Part shown: positions 43,664 to 52,552 of the stretch, piece by piece
Position numbering within the stretch: the stretch's first letter is position 1
Layout of the letters: each line of letters begins with the position of its first letter
Source of the DNA: Candidatus Poribacteria bacterium
GTDB lineage: Bacteria > Poribacteria > WGA-4E > WGA-3G
Assembly (NCBI GenBank): GCA_965242965.1
Contig: OZ251518.1
Coordinates: 480,001-544,000 of the forward strand
Length of the DNA stretch: 64,000 nt
Direction of reading: 5' to 3'
Program-made: the position numbers and the translations under genes
The notes under the pieces: generated by a model
What the model was told of the DNA's origin: nothing
The model's database searches: none
The model's input: the letters and a program-made list of their open reading frames with translations, nothing else

Positions 43664-43889
43664 TTACGGTTCACTTCTTTGCAAAAAAGTTGACGTTTCC
43701 GAAAAATGAGCACATATTAAGGGTAGCACCAGTAAAATTCGTGCGCGAACACCGCGATTTTGCAGATTTTTTGAGAAAAATGTGAAAAAAACGCAAAAAA
43801 AGTGCATTTTACCCTAAATTTTCGTCCTTTAATCCCTATACTATATATAAAGGACGAACTACCGTTATTTTCCGTGAGGAGGTTTCATC

Positions 43890-44711
43890 ATGAAAACGTC
43901 ACCTCGCCGCTATACCGCTCCGGATGCGTTAACGTGCTGTCTGCGGTGTGCCGAGACGCATGGCCCGTTATCACGGGAGGCGGAAGTGGCATTAGCGAAG
44001 CAAATGGAAGCCGGTGATGCCGGTGCACGCGATGGGCTGATCGAGGCGAACCTGCGCCTAGTCATTTCCATCGCGCGGAAATATCAGCACAACGGGATAC
44101 CCCTTGAAGACCTGGTTCAAGAGGGAAATATCGGGTTAATGAAGGCGGTGGATAAATTCGATTACCGGAAGGGGTGTAAACTCAGCACCTATGCGACACG
44201 CAGCATTGAAAAGGCAATTCAGGTGGCGGTTCGCCGCGATTCTGGGTTGACGCACCTACCTGGGCATCTCCGGCAGGGTGGTAAAGTCGCCGCCGCTTAC
44301 ACGAGGCTGTGTCAAGAATTGCAACGCGAACCGACGCACGCCGAAGTTGCGGCAGAAGTTGAGTTAACCGTTGCGCAAGTCGAAGAGATTCTGCTGTTCC
44401 GGGAAGGAACGATTTCGTTGGAGGCACCGGTTGGCGATGGAGACGACGACACCTCCGTTGGCGACTTCGTTGCAGATACGTCCGTGGACATAGAAGCAGA
44501 TCTGGTTCGTGCGGAAGTGCGGCAGCAGATTCGGGAGGCACTGTCCACGCTTACCGAGCGGCAGAAGACAATAGTGGTGTCAAAAGCGATTGAAGCGGTG
44601 AAAGGAAAAGAGATAGCCGAGCAATTGGATATCTCTTCCCCGCGTGTCACCCAAATCTACCATGAGGTGTTGGGGATATTAAAGGCGCGTTTGTCTCCGT
44701 TTCAGGCATGA
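43890..44711 (+). CDS. Sigma-70 family RNA polymerase sigma factor (RpoD/RpoS-like, no region 1.1)
   Basis: LIEANLRLVISIARKY, EDLVQEGNIGLMKAVDKFDYRKG, REPTHAEVA, EIAEQLDISSPRVTQI; RBS aggagg. Confidence 0.9.
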   Translation: MKTSPRRYTAPDALTCCLRCAETHGPLSREAEVALAKQMEAGDAGARDGLIEANLRLVISIARKYQHNGIPLEDLVQEGNIGLMKAVDKFDYRKGCKLSTYATRSIEKAIQVAVRRDSGLTHLPGHLRQGGKVAAAYTRLCQELQREPTHAEVAAEVELTVAQVEEILLFREGTISLEAPVGDGDDDTSVGDFVADTSVDIEADLVRAEVRQQIREALSTLTERQKTIVVSKAIEAVKGKEIAEQLDISSPRVTQIYHEVLGILKARLSPFQA

Positions 44712-44815
44712 GGCGAGTAGGCATTCCGGGCAGATTGAGTGCTTGTAAGCGCGGCGGCCCGCGCTGCATCCCTCACCGCGGCAGGCGAGGGACAGGTTCT
44801 CGCCTTACATTACCT

Positions 44816-45172
44816 GAGGGTGTTTCATATTTCGATGCCTTCCCCTTAGGAGAGACCTCCTGGTCTCAATGTTCCCGTAGCGCGGGGGCCTGTCCCCCGC
44901 GAGTGCCATCGTCCCGATGTGTGTTTCCCCTCTGTAGTTTGTGATTGCCTGATCACAAACGGGTCAGGATCTGGCGATCCTGACTTACAGGGCCTGGCAC
45001 GCGGACGCTGGCGAGGGAAACCCGCTCGGATGCGCGTGTGGCATCCGAGGGCCCTCGCCCTACGGTGAAGTGCCGTTTTTTCCGTAGCGCGGGGGCCTGT
45101 CCCCCGCGAGCGTTAGATTGCGCGGACGATATTGAGACCGGGAGGGTTCTCACAGATTTATGAAACACCCTC
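44816..45172. mobile_element. MITE-like element with the same TIRs and different REP cargo
   Basis: GAGGGTGTTTCATAT ... TTATGAAACACCCTC enclosing GTAG hairpins; no clean TSD. Confidence 0.7.
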
Positions 45173-45196
45173 CGTTAAGGCAGGAGGGAAGTTGTA

Positions 45197-46231
45197 ATGT
45201 TAACTTACAGAGGCAAGACAGCATCGGTGAGAGCCGCGGCGTTCCTAGCACTCGTTTTCATGCTGCTCGCTGCAGCGAATGCCTTCGCCGCGATTGTTTT
45301 CCGTTCGACCTGCGATGGCAACGGCGACATCTACGTCATGAACGATGATGGCAGCACCGTCACACGACTCACCAACACACCACTGCCGGAGTATCGCCCG
45401 CGCTGGTCTCCGGATGGCAGCGGTATCCTTTTTGTGCGAAAGTTTCGCGAACAACATGCCAATATCTTCCTCATGGATGCTGATGGCGGCAATGAACGGC
45501 ACCTCACGCATCATCCATCGGATGGACAACCCACCTGGGCACCCGATGGACGACACATTGCCTTCAAGAGTCGCCGCAGTGGCAATGCAGAAATTTACAT
45601 TATGGAGGTTGCAAGTGGGCAGTTGCGGCAACTCACGAAAACGGCGCGGGAGGAAGGGTTCTCCTCCGCGCCAAACTGGTCTCCGGATGGGCACCATATC
45701 GCTTATGAACATGTCGGCGCAAACGGCCGCCATATCTACATCGTTGATCGGGAGGGCAAACGGCCGCGGCCCTTTCTTAAAGGCCCCCAGCCGCATCTTG
45801 TGGGTGAACATCTGATTTCGCGTTACGCGCCGCGCTGGTCGCCGGATGGACAACACTTGGTGTATGAAGAAATTGAGTATCAGTTCGATCCGGCAAAACC
45901 GCTGCGTGTTTCCAACAAACTGATTGTGGTGGACAAGCACGGCAGACACCCGAACGTCCTGAAGATTCCAGAGACATGGTATGTCAATTATGCGTGTTGG
46001 GCGGCGGATGGCACGCAGATTCTTTTCGTCGCGGCGGAAGAGAGGTTGTTGGACCAGTTGCCGATTCGGGATTATGATATTTATCGGTATCATCGTTCGA
46101 GTGGCAAGATTGCGCAACTCACCGATACGCCGTATAAAGAGGTTTCACCGGACTGGACACCGCTGCGGCTGTCTGTTTCTGCCAATGGTAAAATCTCAAC
46201 CCAGTGGGGACAAGTGAAGCGCGCGGATTAA
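45197..46231 (+). CDS. TolB-like (PD40) beta-propeller protein 3, secreted
   Basis: Signal ending AFA; WSPDG repeats; tail LSVSANGKISTQWGQVK. Confidence 0.88.
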   Translation: MLTYRGKTASVRAAAFLALVFMLLAAANAFAAIVFRSTCDGNGDIYVMNDDGSTVTRLTNTPLPEYRPRWSPDGSGILFVRKFREQHANIFLMDADGGNERHLTHHPSDGQPTWAPDGRHIAFKSRRSGNAEIYIMEVASGQLRQLTKTAREEGFSSAPNWSPDGHHIAYEHVGANGRHIYIVDREGKRPRPFLKGPQPHLVGEHLISRYAPRWSPDGQHLVYEEIEYQFDPAKPLRVSNKLIVVDKHGRHPNVLKIPETWYVNYACWAADGTQILFVAAEERLLDQLPIRDYDIYRYHRSSGKIAQLTDTPYKEVSPDWTPLRLSVSANGKISTQWGQVKRAD

Positions 46232-46322
46232 CCGAGCAATGAAGACATGTGCGCGGGGCACTCCGCGCACATACCTGATACTGTCACCACGGTAGGTGAG
46301 GGCCAGGTTCTCGCCTGCCGCA

Positions 46323-46553
46323 GAAGGGGGCCGTTTTTCGACGCAGAAACCCGCCCGATACCGTAGCGCGGGGGCCTGTCCCCCGCGAACGGCCGGTAGA
46401 CCACAGCATGGCGAGGGACAGGCCCCCGCCCTACGATGAAGGGAGACCGTTTTTCGACTCAGAAACCCTCACGATACCGTAGCGCGGGGGCCTGTCCCCC
46501 GCGAACGGCCGGTAGCCCACGGCATGGCGAGGGACAGGCCCTCGCCCTACGAT
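46323..46553. repeat. Tandem ~115-bp REP doublets (BIME/REPIN-like)
   Basis: Two direct copies of gtagcgcgggggcctgtcccccgcga...tggcgagggacaggccc(c/t)cgccctac. Confidence 0.88.
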
Positions 46554-46641
46554 GAAGGGGAGCCGTTTGGATATCCGAAATGGGGAATTCTCTGCCAGTG
46601 ATGAATTTATCACGAACGACTTTGAGTAAAAGGAGATAACC

Positions 46642-47493
46642 ATGAAGACCAGCCTGTCCTTATCCGGCGTTTTTTGCCTCGTTTGCTTTCTCAGTCTGTC
46701 ATTATTTGGCGGCTGTGCGGGCACGGAGGACAGCGAAACTGAAACGCCAACCGCAGACACAACGCCGAGTGTCATGCCCTTTGTGCCAGTAGATATGCAG
46801 GCAGTGGAAGAACTCCGCTTACGCGCTGAATTCATTCGCGAGCAACTCTGGCAGGGGAAAATGGGGGTGCCGCTGGACTGGGACAAGACAGCAGACCCGC
46901 TGTTACGTGCCGAATACGCGCGCTTCCTGCTCCGCAAGGAGAGAATTGCGATACCTTTCAACTGGGCTCAGACAGCCGACTTGTTCGTGCGCGCCGAATA
47001 TGAACGCGCGCTGCTCCTGAAGGAGTTCGGCGATATCCCGGCGGTTCACACGATTGCGGATTACGGCAAATTCGCGCGTCTGGCTGGCGCGTCTACGGTG
47101 ACGCGTGAGGAATTCATCGCCTTTTTTGCGGCGCAATACAAACTCTTCCCGAATGAAGCAAATCGGCGTGCCTTAGAAACAGCGAGAAAACCAGAACGCG
47201 TCGCGGGGCCAGAGCTGGAGAAGATGAGAATAGTAGCACCCGAGTTATGGGCCCAACACAAGCACGAGCAGCTTATCCGGCAGCATGGGGATAGCCCACA
47301 AGTTGACATCGTTGCCGATTTTATCCGAAAGGTGGAACTGCAACTCCCCAGAACTGATGAGGAATGCCATGCTTTTCTAAAGGCATTACGGCATCTCGAT
47401 CCGTTTGAGACTCAGCATCTGAAACGGTTTGGATATCCTTATGATGAAGGCTATGCTGCGCTTGAAGCCCGAGCCCAACTCCATCTCATGTGA
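46642..47493 (+). CDS. Hypothetical lipoprotein; the frame continues past TGA to 47604
   Basis: RBS aaggag; lipobox-like LFGGC; internal repeats LLKEFGDIPAVHT and LIRQHGDSPQVD. Confidence 0.75.
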   Translation: MKTSLSLSGVFCLVCFLSLSLFGGCAGTEDSETETPTADTTPSVMPFVPVDMQAVEELRLRAEFIREQLWQGKMGVPLDWDKTADPLLRAEYARFLLRKERIAIPFNWAQTADLFVRAEYERALLLKEFGDIPAVHTIADYGKFARLAGASTVTREEFIAFFAAQYKLFPNEANRRALETARKPERVAGPELEKMRIVAPELWAQHKHEQLIRQHGDSPQVDIVADFIRKVELQLPRTDEECHAFLKALRHLDPFETQHLKRFGYPYDEGYAALEARAQLHLM

Positions 47494-47734
47494 CATGAAC
47501 TAGCGTGGCGCGCCCTAGAAAAATACCGAGAAGCGAAAGCGAAGGGGATTCCATTTCGTCTCATTGACTGGGAGGACGGTGGCCCTGTTCATATCATTGA
47601 TTGATAGGGATGAAGGGGCGTAAGCATTAGCGCGGAGGAAATCTATCCCGTGGGCCGAAGTCAAATCGGAACGTTAACTGAAATTGACTGCGGACGAAAA
47701 GACGTGTGCGCGGGGCGGCCCGCGCACATGCTTT

Positions 47735-48559
47735 TTATACTGTCAATGTCACCCTGTCCTGCTTGACAATTTCCTTGGTATGTCCATACGGCGCGGAGGC
47801 AACCAATTCCAACGTTTCTGGTGAAAGCCTGTCCAGAATGGGTTGCGGCAGGTTATGTCTGCCAGTGTATTGCGGATAATAACGCAGCACGAGGAACCGC
47901 CTGTCTCTGTCCTTCGGTTTCCATCGCAGCACGCCGTGCGTGAGGAGCTCTGAAATAATCACAATATCCCCTGCCTTCGGCGTGATGTTGGTGAAAACCG
48001 GGTTATCGACAGGATCGATGCCGTCCTCTTCATCAAGCGTCAGCAAAGTTTCGGGCCGGGTGAACTCGCTCTTATGCGAACCGGGAATCACGATGAGTCC
48101 GCCATCGCCCGGATGCACGTCGGTAAAATAGGTAAAACAGACGAAGTCATCGCAATAGATGCTCCCGTTGTCTACCTCGTAGCGGGTGCTATACCATCCG
48201 TAGTCATCGCGTGCGCAGTGTAAGCCGCCCGGATTGACTTTCGCGCGTTCGCCCGGTTCCCACAAGTCGTGCTTATCGTGTTTCAGTGAGCCGCGCGCAA
48301 ACCGCGGCCGGTCCGCCGTGAATTCCTTGATAATCGGCCACGTCGCGGCGTGCATCGTCAAGCACTCTAGCGATTTGTCAAAGGCGAACCCGTGCTGATG
48401 GAGTCCCTTCACTTCAAACCCTGAGGGCAATTCATCGGGTGGTGTGTTGATATATCTGTCCACCGCCTCGGTTGCCTCGGTTAATGCGTCGCCGGTGATG
48501 ACGTTTTCTAAGTGGAGATAGCCTGTCACGTCAAAGAGATAGCGTTGTTTCGGAGTCAT
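47735..48559 (-). CDS. PhyH-family Fe(II)/2-oxoglutarate oxygenase (HxA variant)
   Basis: QRYLFDVTGYL, LHCA, DGGLIVIPGSHK, AGDIVIISELLTHG, RR. Confidence 0.85.
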   Translation of the reverse strand: MTPKQRYLFDVTGYLHLENVITGDALTEATEAVDRYINTPPDELPSGFEVKGLHQHGFAFDKSLECLTMHAATWPIIKEFTADRPRFARGSLKHDKHDLWEPGERAKVNPGGLHCARDDYGWYSTRYEVDNGSIYCDDFVCFTYFTDVHPGDGGLIVIPGSHKSEFTRPETLLTLDEEDGIDPVDNPVFTNITPKAGDIVIISELLTHGVLRWKPKDRDRRFLVLRYYPQYTGRHNLPQPILDRLSPETLELVASAPYGHTKEIVKQDRVTLTV

Positions 48560-48577
48560 GGTTTTGATTCTCCTTCT

Positions 48578-49456
48578 CTACAGTGCCATATCAAACTTCG
48601 TTCCGGTCACGTTGCCTTTCACATAAGCGTCCCTGAAGAGTGTCTGCCGTTTTGGCGGCATCGATTCTAACAGAGCCTTCGGCGGTTTTGAAAGGCTCCA
48701 CCGTTTATCAACAGAGTTATACGCGTTGAAAACCGCAACTCTGTCGGTGTTCGGGTTGTGCCACGGCTGTCCGCTGTGCGTAATCGCTTCCGTAAAGATG
48801 ATAACAGAACCGGGGGGACAAGCGTAGGTATCCCAGAACTCCCAGTCTTGCGTATGCGCGCACGCCGGTGCGGTATAGGCAGCTTTGTGACTTCCTGTGA
48901 TGAACATTGTTCCGCCATCGCCTTTTTCCACCGGGTTGAGTTCCCACACCACGCGCGTCAATCCGCTATAGGCTTGCCCGGGGAGGCAGTGGTATTCGTG
49001 GCAGTCGCCCGGCATCCGCAACATTCCATTGCCGTTATGTGGATGGAATTTGAAAGGCGTTTCGTCTTTCGTAGAACGTAATGCCAAGAAACTCATCTCC
49101 ATGCGGAACCCGTAGCATGTCTCCGAGGCTAAATAAGCAGATGCGAGGAATTCGTTGCCGAATGCCACGATGACAGGATGATCGGTGAGTTTCTCAAGTG
49201 GGCCGCCATAGGTGGAACGATGGTGTTGCGGAATTGTCTCTGGGGCTTGCTGCAGCCGATAGCAGAAATCCCGCATCTCTTCAACCTCGGCATCTGTTAG
49301 CACGCCCGGTATTAAGAGCCACCCGTTCTTATCAAATAGGTATTTTTGCTCTTGCGTGAGTGGGCTAACCGTTGCGCCATCGGCGTTGGTTTGCGTTAGG
49401 GCTGCAGCGGACGTTGCCAATGGGCTCCCGAGGTCTTTGTTAAATTTGAGTGTCAT
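48578..49456 (-). CDS. PhyH-family Fe(II)/2-oxoglutarate oxygenase (HxG variant)
   Basis: QKYLFDKNGWL, PHNG, DGGTMFITGSHK, PGSVIIFTEAITHSG. Confidence 0.85.
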   Translation of the reverse strand: MTLKFNKDLGSPLATSAAALTQTNADGATVSPLTQEQKYLFDKNGWLLIPGVLTDAEVEEMRDFCYRLQQAPETIPQHHRSTYGGPLEKLTDHPVIVAFGNEFLASAYLASETCYGFRMEMSFLALRSTKDETPFKFHPHNGNGMLRMPGDCHEYHCLPGQAYSGLTRVVWELNPVEKGDGGTMFITGSHKAAYTAPACAHTQDWEFWDTYACPPGSVIIFTEAITHSGQPWHNPNTDRVAVFNAYNSVDKRWSLSKPPKALLESMPPKRQTLFRDAYVKGNVTGTKFDMAL

Positions 49457-49471
49457 GCATTATGCCTCCGG

Positions 49472-50455
49472 TTATCGGATTTTCCCACCTGTGAAGTAGT
49501 CTGGATTCGCGCCCAGTTTCTCCAAAAGTGGCGCGGTTACCTTGTCCAGGCTCTCAATCACCTCATCGGCAGGCGAGTATTCAACGGCGTGCAGATTCTG
49601 TTCCAGTTCACTGACATTCCGAGTGCCGACGAGCATGCACGTAATTCCCGGTCTCGCCATCGCCCATGCAATGGCAAGTCGACTCATCGGCACCTTTTCG
49701 GATTCTGCGATGCTTCGGATGCGTTCCAGCGTCTCAAACATTTCTTGTTCTGCGCCTTCCTCACCGTGTGAGGCATTCTGCCGTTCTGCGCCAAAATGGC
49801 GAAACCGCGAATGCACTGGGGGAATTTCTTCTGCACTTTTGTATTTGCCGGTCAAAATTCCTTGCAACAGCGGCATGTATCCTAAAATCCCGACGTTGTT
49901 ACGTTGGCAGAGAGGCAGGAGTTCGGGTTCTATCGCACGCGACAAAAGGTTATAGCAGAGTTGATTCACGGCGATGGATGCGCCCGTATCAATTGCATCA
50001 GTCAACTGTCCGCAGCCGAAGTTGCTCACGCCGATGGCACGGATGAGTCCGTCTTCCCGCAGACGCGTTAACACCTCCATGCTCTCTTCAATGGAGAACT
50101 CTTCGTGCGGCCAGTGAATCATATAGATGTCAACGTAGTCTGTCTGCAGTCGGCGGAGGCTAGCTTCGCAGTGCTCGCGGATAGTGCCCGGGTTAGGCGT
50201 GCTCACCTTCGTGCCGATGACTGCCTCGTGTCGTCTGCCTTTAAGTGCGATGGCGAGAGCTTCTTCACTTCTGCCATCGTTATAGCCTTCCGCCGTATCA
50301 AAGAAGTTGATACCCGCGTCCAATGCGGCGTGAGCTACTTCGGTGACATCGGATTGTGCCTGCGGCCCCCAGTAATCGCCGCCGCCGTATGCCCAGCATC
50401 CGATGCCCATCGGTGAGATTTCGATTCCAGATTCTCCACAAGTGCGTCTTTCCAT
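49472..50455 (-). CDS. Aldo/keto reductase
   Basis: MGIGCWAYGG, FFDTAEGY, SLRRLQTDYVDIYMIHWP, IGVSNF, YNLL. Confidence 0.93.
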   Translation of the reverse strand: MERRTCGESGIEISPMGIGCWAYGGGDYWGPQAQSDVTEVAHAALDAGINFFDTAEGYNDGRSEEALAIALKGRRHEAVIGTKVSTPNPGTIREHCEASLRRLQTDYVDIYMIHWPHEEFSIEESMEVLTRLREDGLIRAIGVSNFGCGQLTDAIDTGASIAVNQLCYNLLSRAIEPELLPLCQRNNVGILGYMPLLQGILTGKYKSAEEIPPVHSRFRHFGAERQNASHGEEGAEQEMFETLERIRSIAESEKVPMSRLAIAWAMARPGITCMLVGTRNVSELEQNLHAVEYSPADEVIESLDKVTAPLLEKLGANPDYFTGGKIR

Positions 50456-50470
50456 TTTTTATTCCCTCCA

Positions 50471-51301
50471 TCACATAGCCGCGCAGAGTTCTGTAATTAA
50501 CGCCGCGTTTTCGCCCACCTGATCGCCGAACTGTTGATACATGCCGAGTAGCAACGGATCGATCGGTTTGATATGCTCCAGCGCGAATTTGACTTCGGCG
50601 CGAATCTGCTCAGGGCTACCGACTGTCCTACCCGCAGCAAGCACCTTGAAAACGATGCACGGCTTATCTGTTCGCTGTATCGCCTTGCACATTGCATCCC
50701 GGTCTTCACGTGCATAGATTTCGCCGAGGGGTGCGTAACCGAACTTCTCAGTAAATTTCTCGTGTCCGCCGTGGAGGTTATAGAGCCCTGTCATGTAGTA
50801 GTCAAGATCCCACGCTTCGTCTTCGGCGATGTGCAAGAGTCTCGGGTCATGCACCGATAAACCGACAAGCACCCCGGTGTCGCGAATCCGTTTGAGGATA
50901 TCCTGCAACAGATCGAGTCTGTTTTCGCGGAGGCATCGCTGTCCCACGCCGCCGCCGTGTGGTGCCATGCCGAGTGGGTTGTGCGTCGCCGCCTCAAAAA
51001 CCAGGTCTGGTTCACGATACCAATCCGAGCTCCAACTGAGGCAGAACCAGTTCATCGTGCCGCCTTCCTCACGATAGCGCGTCAGATCTGCCAGTGAACG
51101 TTCTGTCAGGCTATTCTGCCAGCCGTTAATGCCGACTTCTTCGGCGCGCTTGAGTGTTGCCACGACGCGTGCCGGCGTATGATACTCCTTCTGATGCTGC
51201 GACAGCAGTTGGTTAAAATGCGAATAGCCGTAAATCGGGTTGTCGCCGATGAGCAGTTTGCTGATTTGGTGATTGCAGAACGAGATTTTCGGTAATGTCA
51301 T
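50471..51301 (-). CDS. Hypothetical protein, divergent AKR-like TIM barrel
   Basis: ISKLLIGDNP N-terminus and FKVLAAGR resemble AKR-fold elements; RBS ggagg before ATG 51301. Confidence 0.6.
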   Translation of the reverse strand: MTLPKISFCNHQISKLLIGDNPIYGYSHFNQLLSQHQKEYHTPARVVATLKRAEEVGINGWQNSLTERSLADLTRYREEGGTMNWFCLSWSSDWYREPDLVFEAATHNPLGMAPHGGGVGQRCLRENRLDLLQDILKRIRDTGVLVGLSVHDPRLLHIAEDEAWDLDYYMTGLYNLHGGHEKFTEKFGYAPLGEIYAREDRDAMCKAIQRTDKPCIVFKVLAAGRTVGSPEQIRAEVKFALEHIKPIDPLLLGMYQQFGDQVGENAALITELCAAM

Positions 51302-51347
51302 TGCTGAACCTCCGCTTGTAGGATAGTCCTCCCTGTCCCGATAATGT

Positions 51348-52424
51348 TTACTCAAACAAAAATCCCTTTACAACCGATGCATCGATCTCGCGAACGAGGT
51401 GCGAAAGCAGTTCCAACGTCGCGGTATAGTCGTCAATGTTGATGATAGAGACATGGCTATGCACATAACGCGCCGGTACGCCGAGCACGATTGATGGCAC
51501 ACCGGTGCCGACTTGATGAATTGAACCGCCATCGGTGCCGCCGGATTGACGCACGGCGACTTGATACGGAATCTGATGCCGTTTCGCCGTTTCAATGACA
51601 AACTCTCCCAGTTTTGGGTTGACAATCATGGAAGGGTCGTAGAGGCGGATTTGCACGCCGCCGCCGAGTTTTCCCTGCACTGCATCTCTGTCTAGGCCCG
51701 GGGTATCGTCTGCAGGCGGTCCTTCAAGTACAATTGCGATGTCAGGTTGCACGCTTGTCGCCACCGTTTTTGCGCCTCGCAATCCGACTTCTTCTTGGAC
51801 GCTTCCCGCGCCGATGACGGTGTTCGGATGTTCCTCTGGCAGTCCTAAAAGCGTCTCAATTACCAGCGCGACACCGACGCGGTTATCAAACGCTTTAGCG
51901 GAGAACAGTTTGCTGTTTTTCATCGGTTGAAAGGGCCCATAAGGTGCGATAGGGCATCCGGGCAGCACGCCGAATTCTTCTGTCGCTTGTTCTGCGTTCT
52001 CCGCGCCGATGTCAATGAAGAGGTTTTTCATGTCCATCACTTTATCGCGCTCGCCTGCCCCGAGCAGATGCGGTGGCACTGAGCCGATGATTCCCGGCAC
52101 CTTGCTGTCCTTCGTAGAGATTGTCACGCGCTGTGCTAAGAGGGTATGTGCCCACCAGCCACCGAGCGGCAAAAACTTGACATATCCGGCATCGGTTACG
52201 CGTTGCACGATGAACCCGACTTCGTCCAGATGCGAATCAAGCAGGATGCGAGGGTGTTCTGCGTTTCCGACGTGCGTGCAGAAGATACTGCCGAGCCGGT
52301 CCGTCCCGATAGTGCCGATGCCAGTTAACGCTGTGCGGAAAATCTCCCGCACCTCCGCCTCGTGGCCGGGGACTCCATGTGCTTGCGTGAGTGATGTGAG
52401 GAGTTCTATCGATTTTTGCGTCAT
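51348..52424 (-). CDS. M42 family aminopeptidase
   Basis: GVPGHE, SHLDEVG, KAFDNRVG, VQEEVGLRGA, GGTDGG, RYVHS. Confidence 0.93.
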   Translation of the reverse strand: MTQKSIELLTSLTQAHGVPGHEAEVREIFRTALTGIGTIGTDRLGSIFCTHVGNAEHPRILLDSHLDEVGFIVQRVTDAGYVKFLPLGGWWAHTLLAQRVTISTKDSKVPGIIGSVPPHLLGAGERDKVMDMKNLFIDIGAENAEQATEEFGVLPGCPIAPYGPFQPMKNSKLFSAKAFDNRVGVALVIETLLGLPEEHPNTVIGAGSVQEEVGLRGAKTVATSVQPDIAIVLEGPPADDTPGLDRDAVQGKLGGGVQIRLYDPSMIVNPKLGEFVIETAKRHQIPYQVAVRQSGGTDGGSIHQVGTGVPSIVLGVPARYVHSHVSIINIDDYTATLELLSHLVREIDASVVKGFLFE

Positions 52425-52467
52425 CTGTTTTGCGTTCCTTGCGGCAATTGTGGTATCATTTGGGTGT

Positions 52468-52547
52468 ATTCTAGCATGGATGCGATTTTGTGTCAATTTT
52501 TTTGCGGGGAAAAAAGAATTGACAAATGACGTAAAATAAGGTATAAT
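52468..52547. promoter_or_regulatory. Back-to-back divergent sigma-70 promoters
   Basis: Plus strand TTGACA (52519-24), 17 nt, TATAAT (52542-47); minus strand TTGACA (52496-91), 17 nt, TAGAAT (52473-68). Confidence 0.8.
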
Positions 52548-52552
52548 AAATT

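Noticed and set aside
39659-46231. Tol-Pal system
   Set aside because: The propellers lack the TolB N-terminal domain and no tolQ/R/A or pal genes are adjacent
46323-46553. CRISPR array
   Set aside because: Units are inverted hairpin doublets with near-identical linkers rather than unique spacers; no cas genes in the window
47491-47493. Selenocysteine or genome-wide TGA recoding
   Set aside because: TGA terminates many conserved genes here (pdxH, nuoK, nuoN), and no redox-Cys context or clear SECIS is visible
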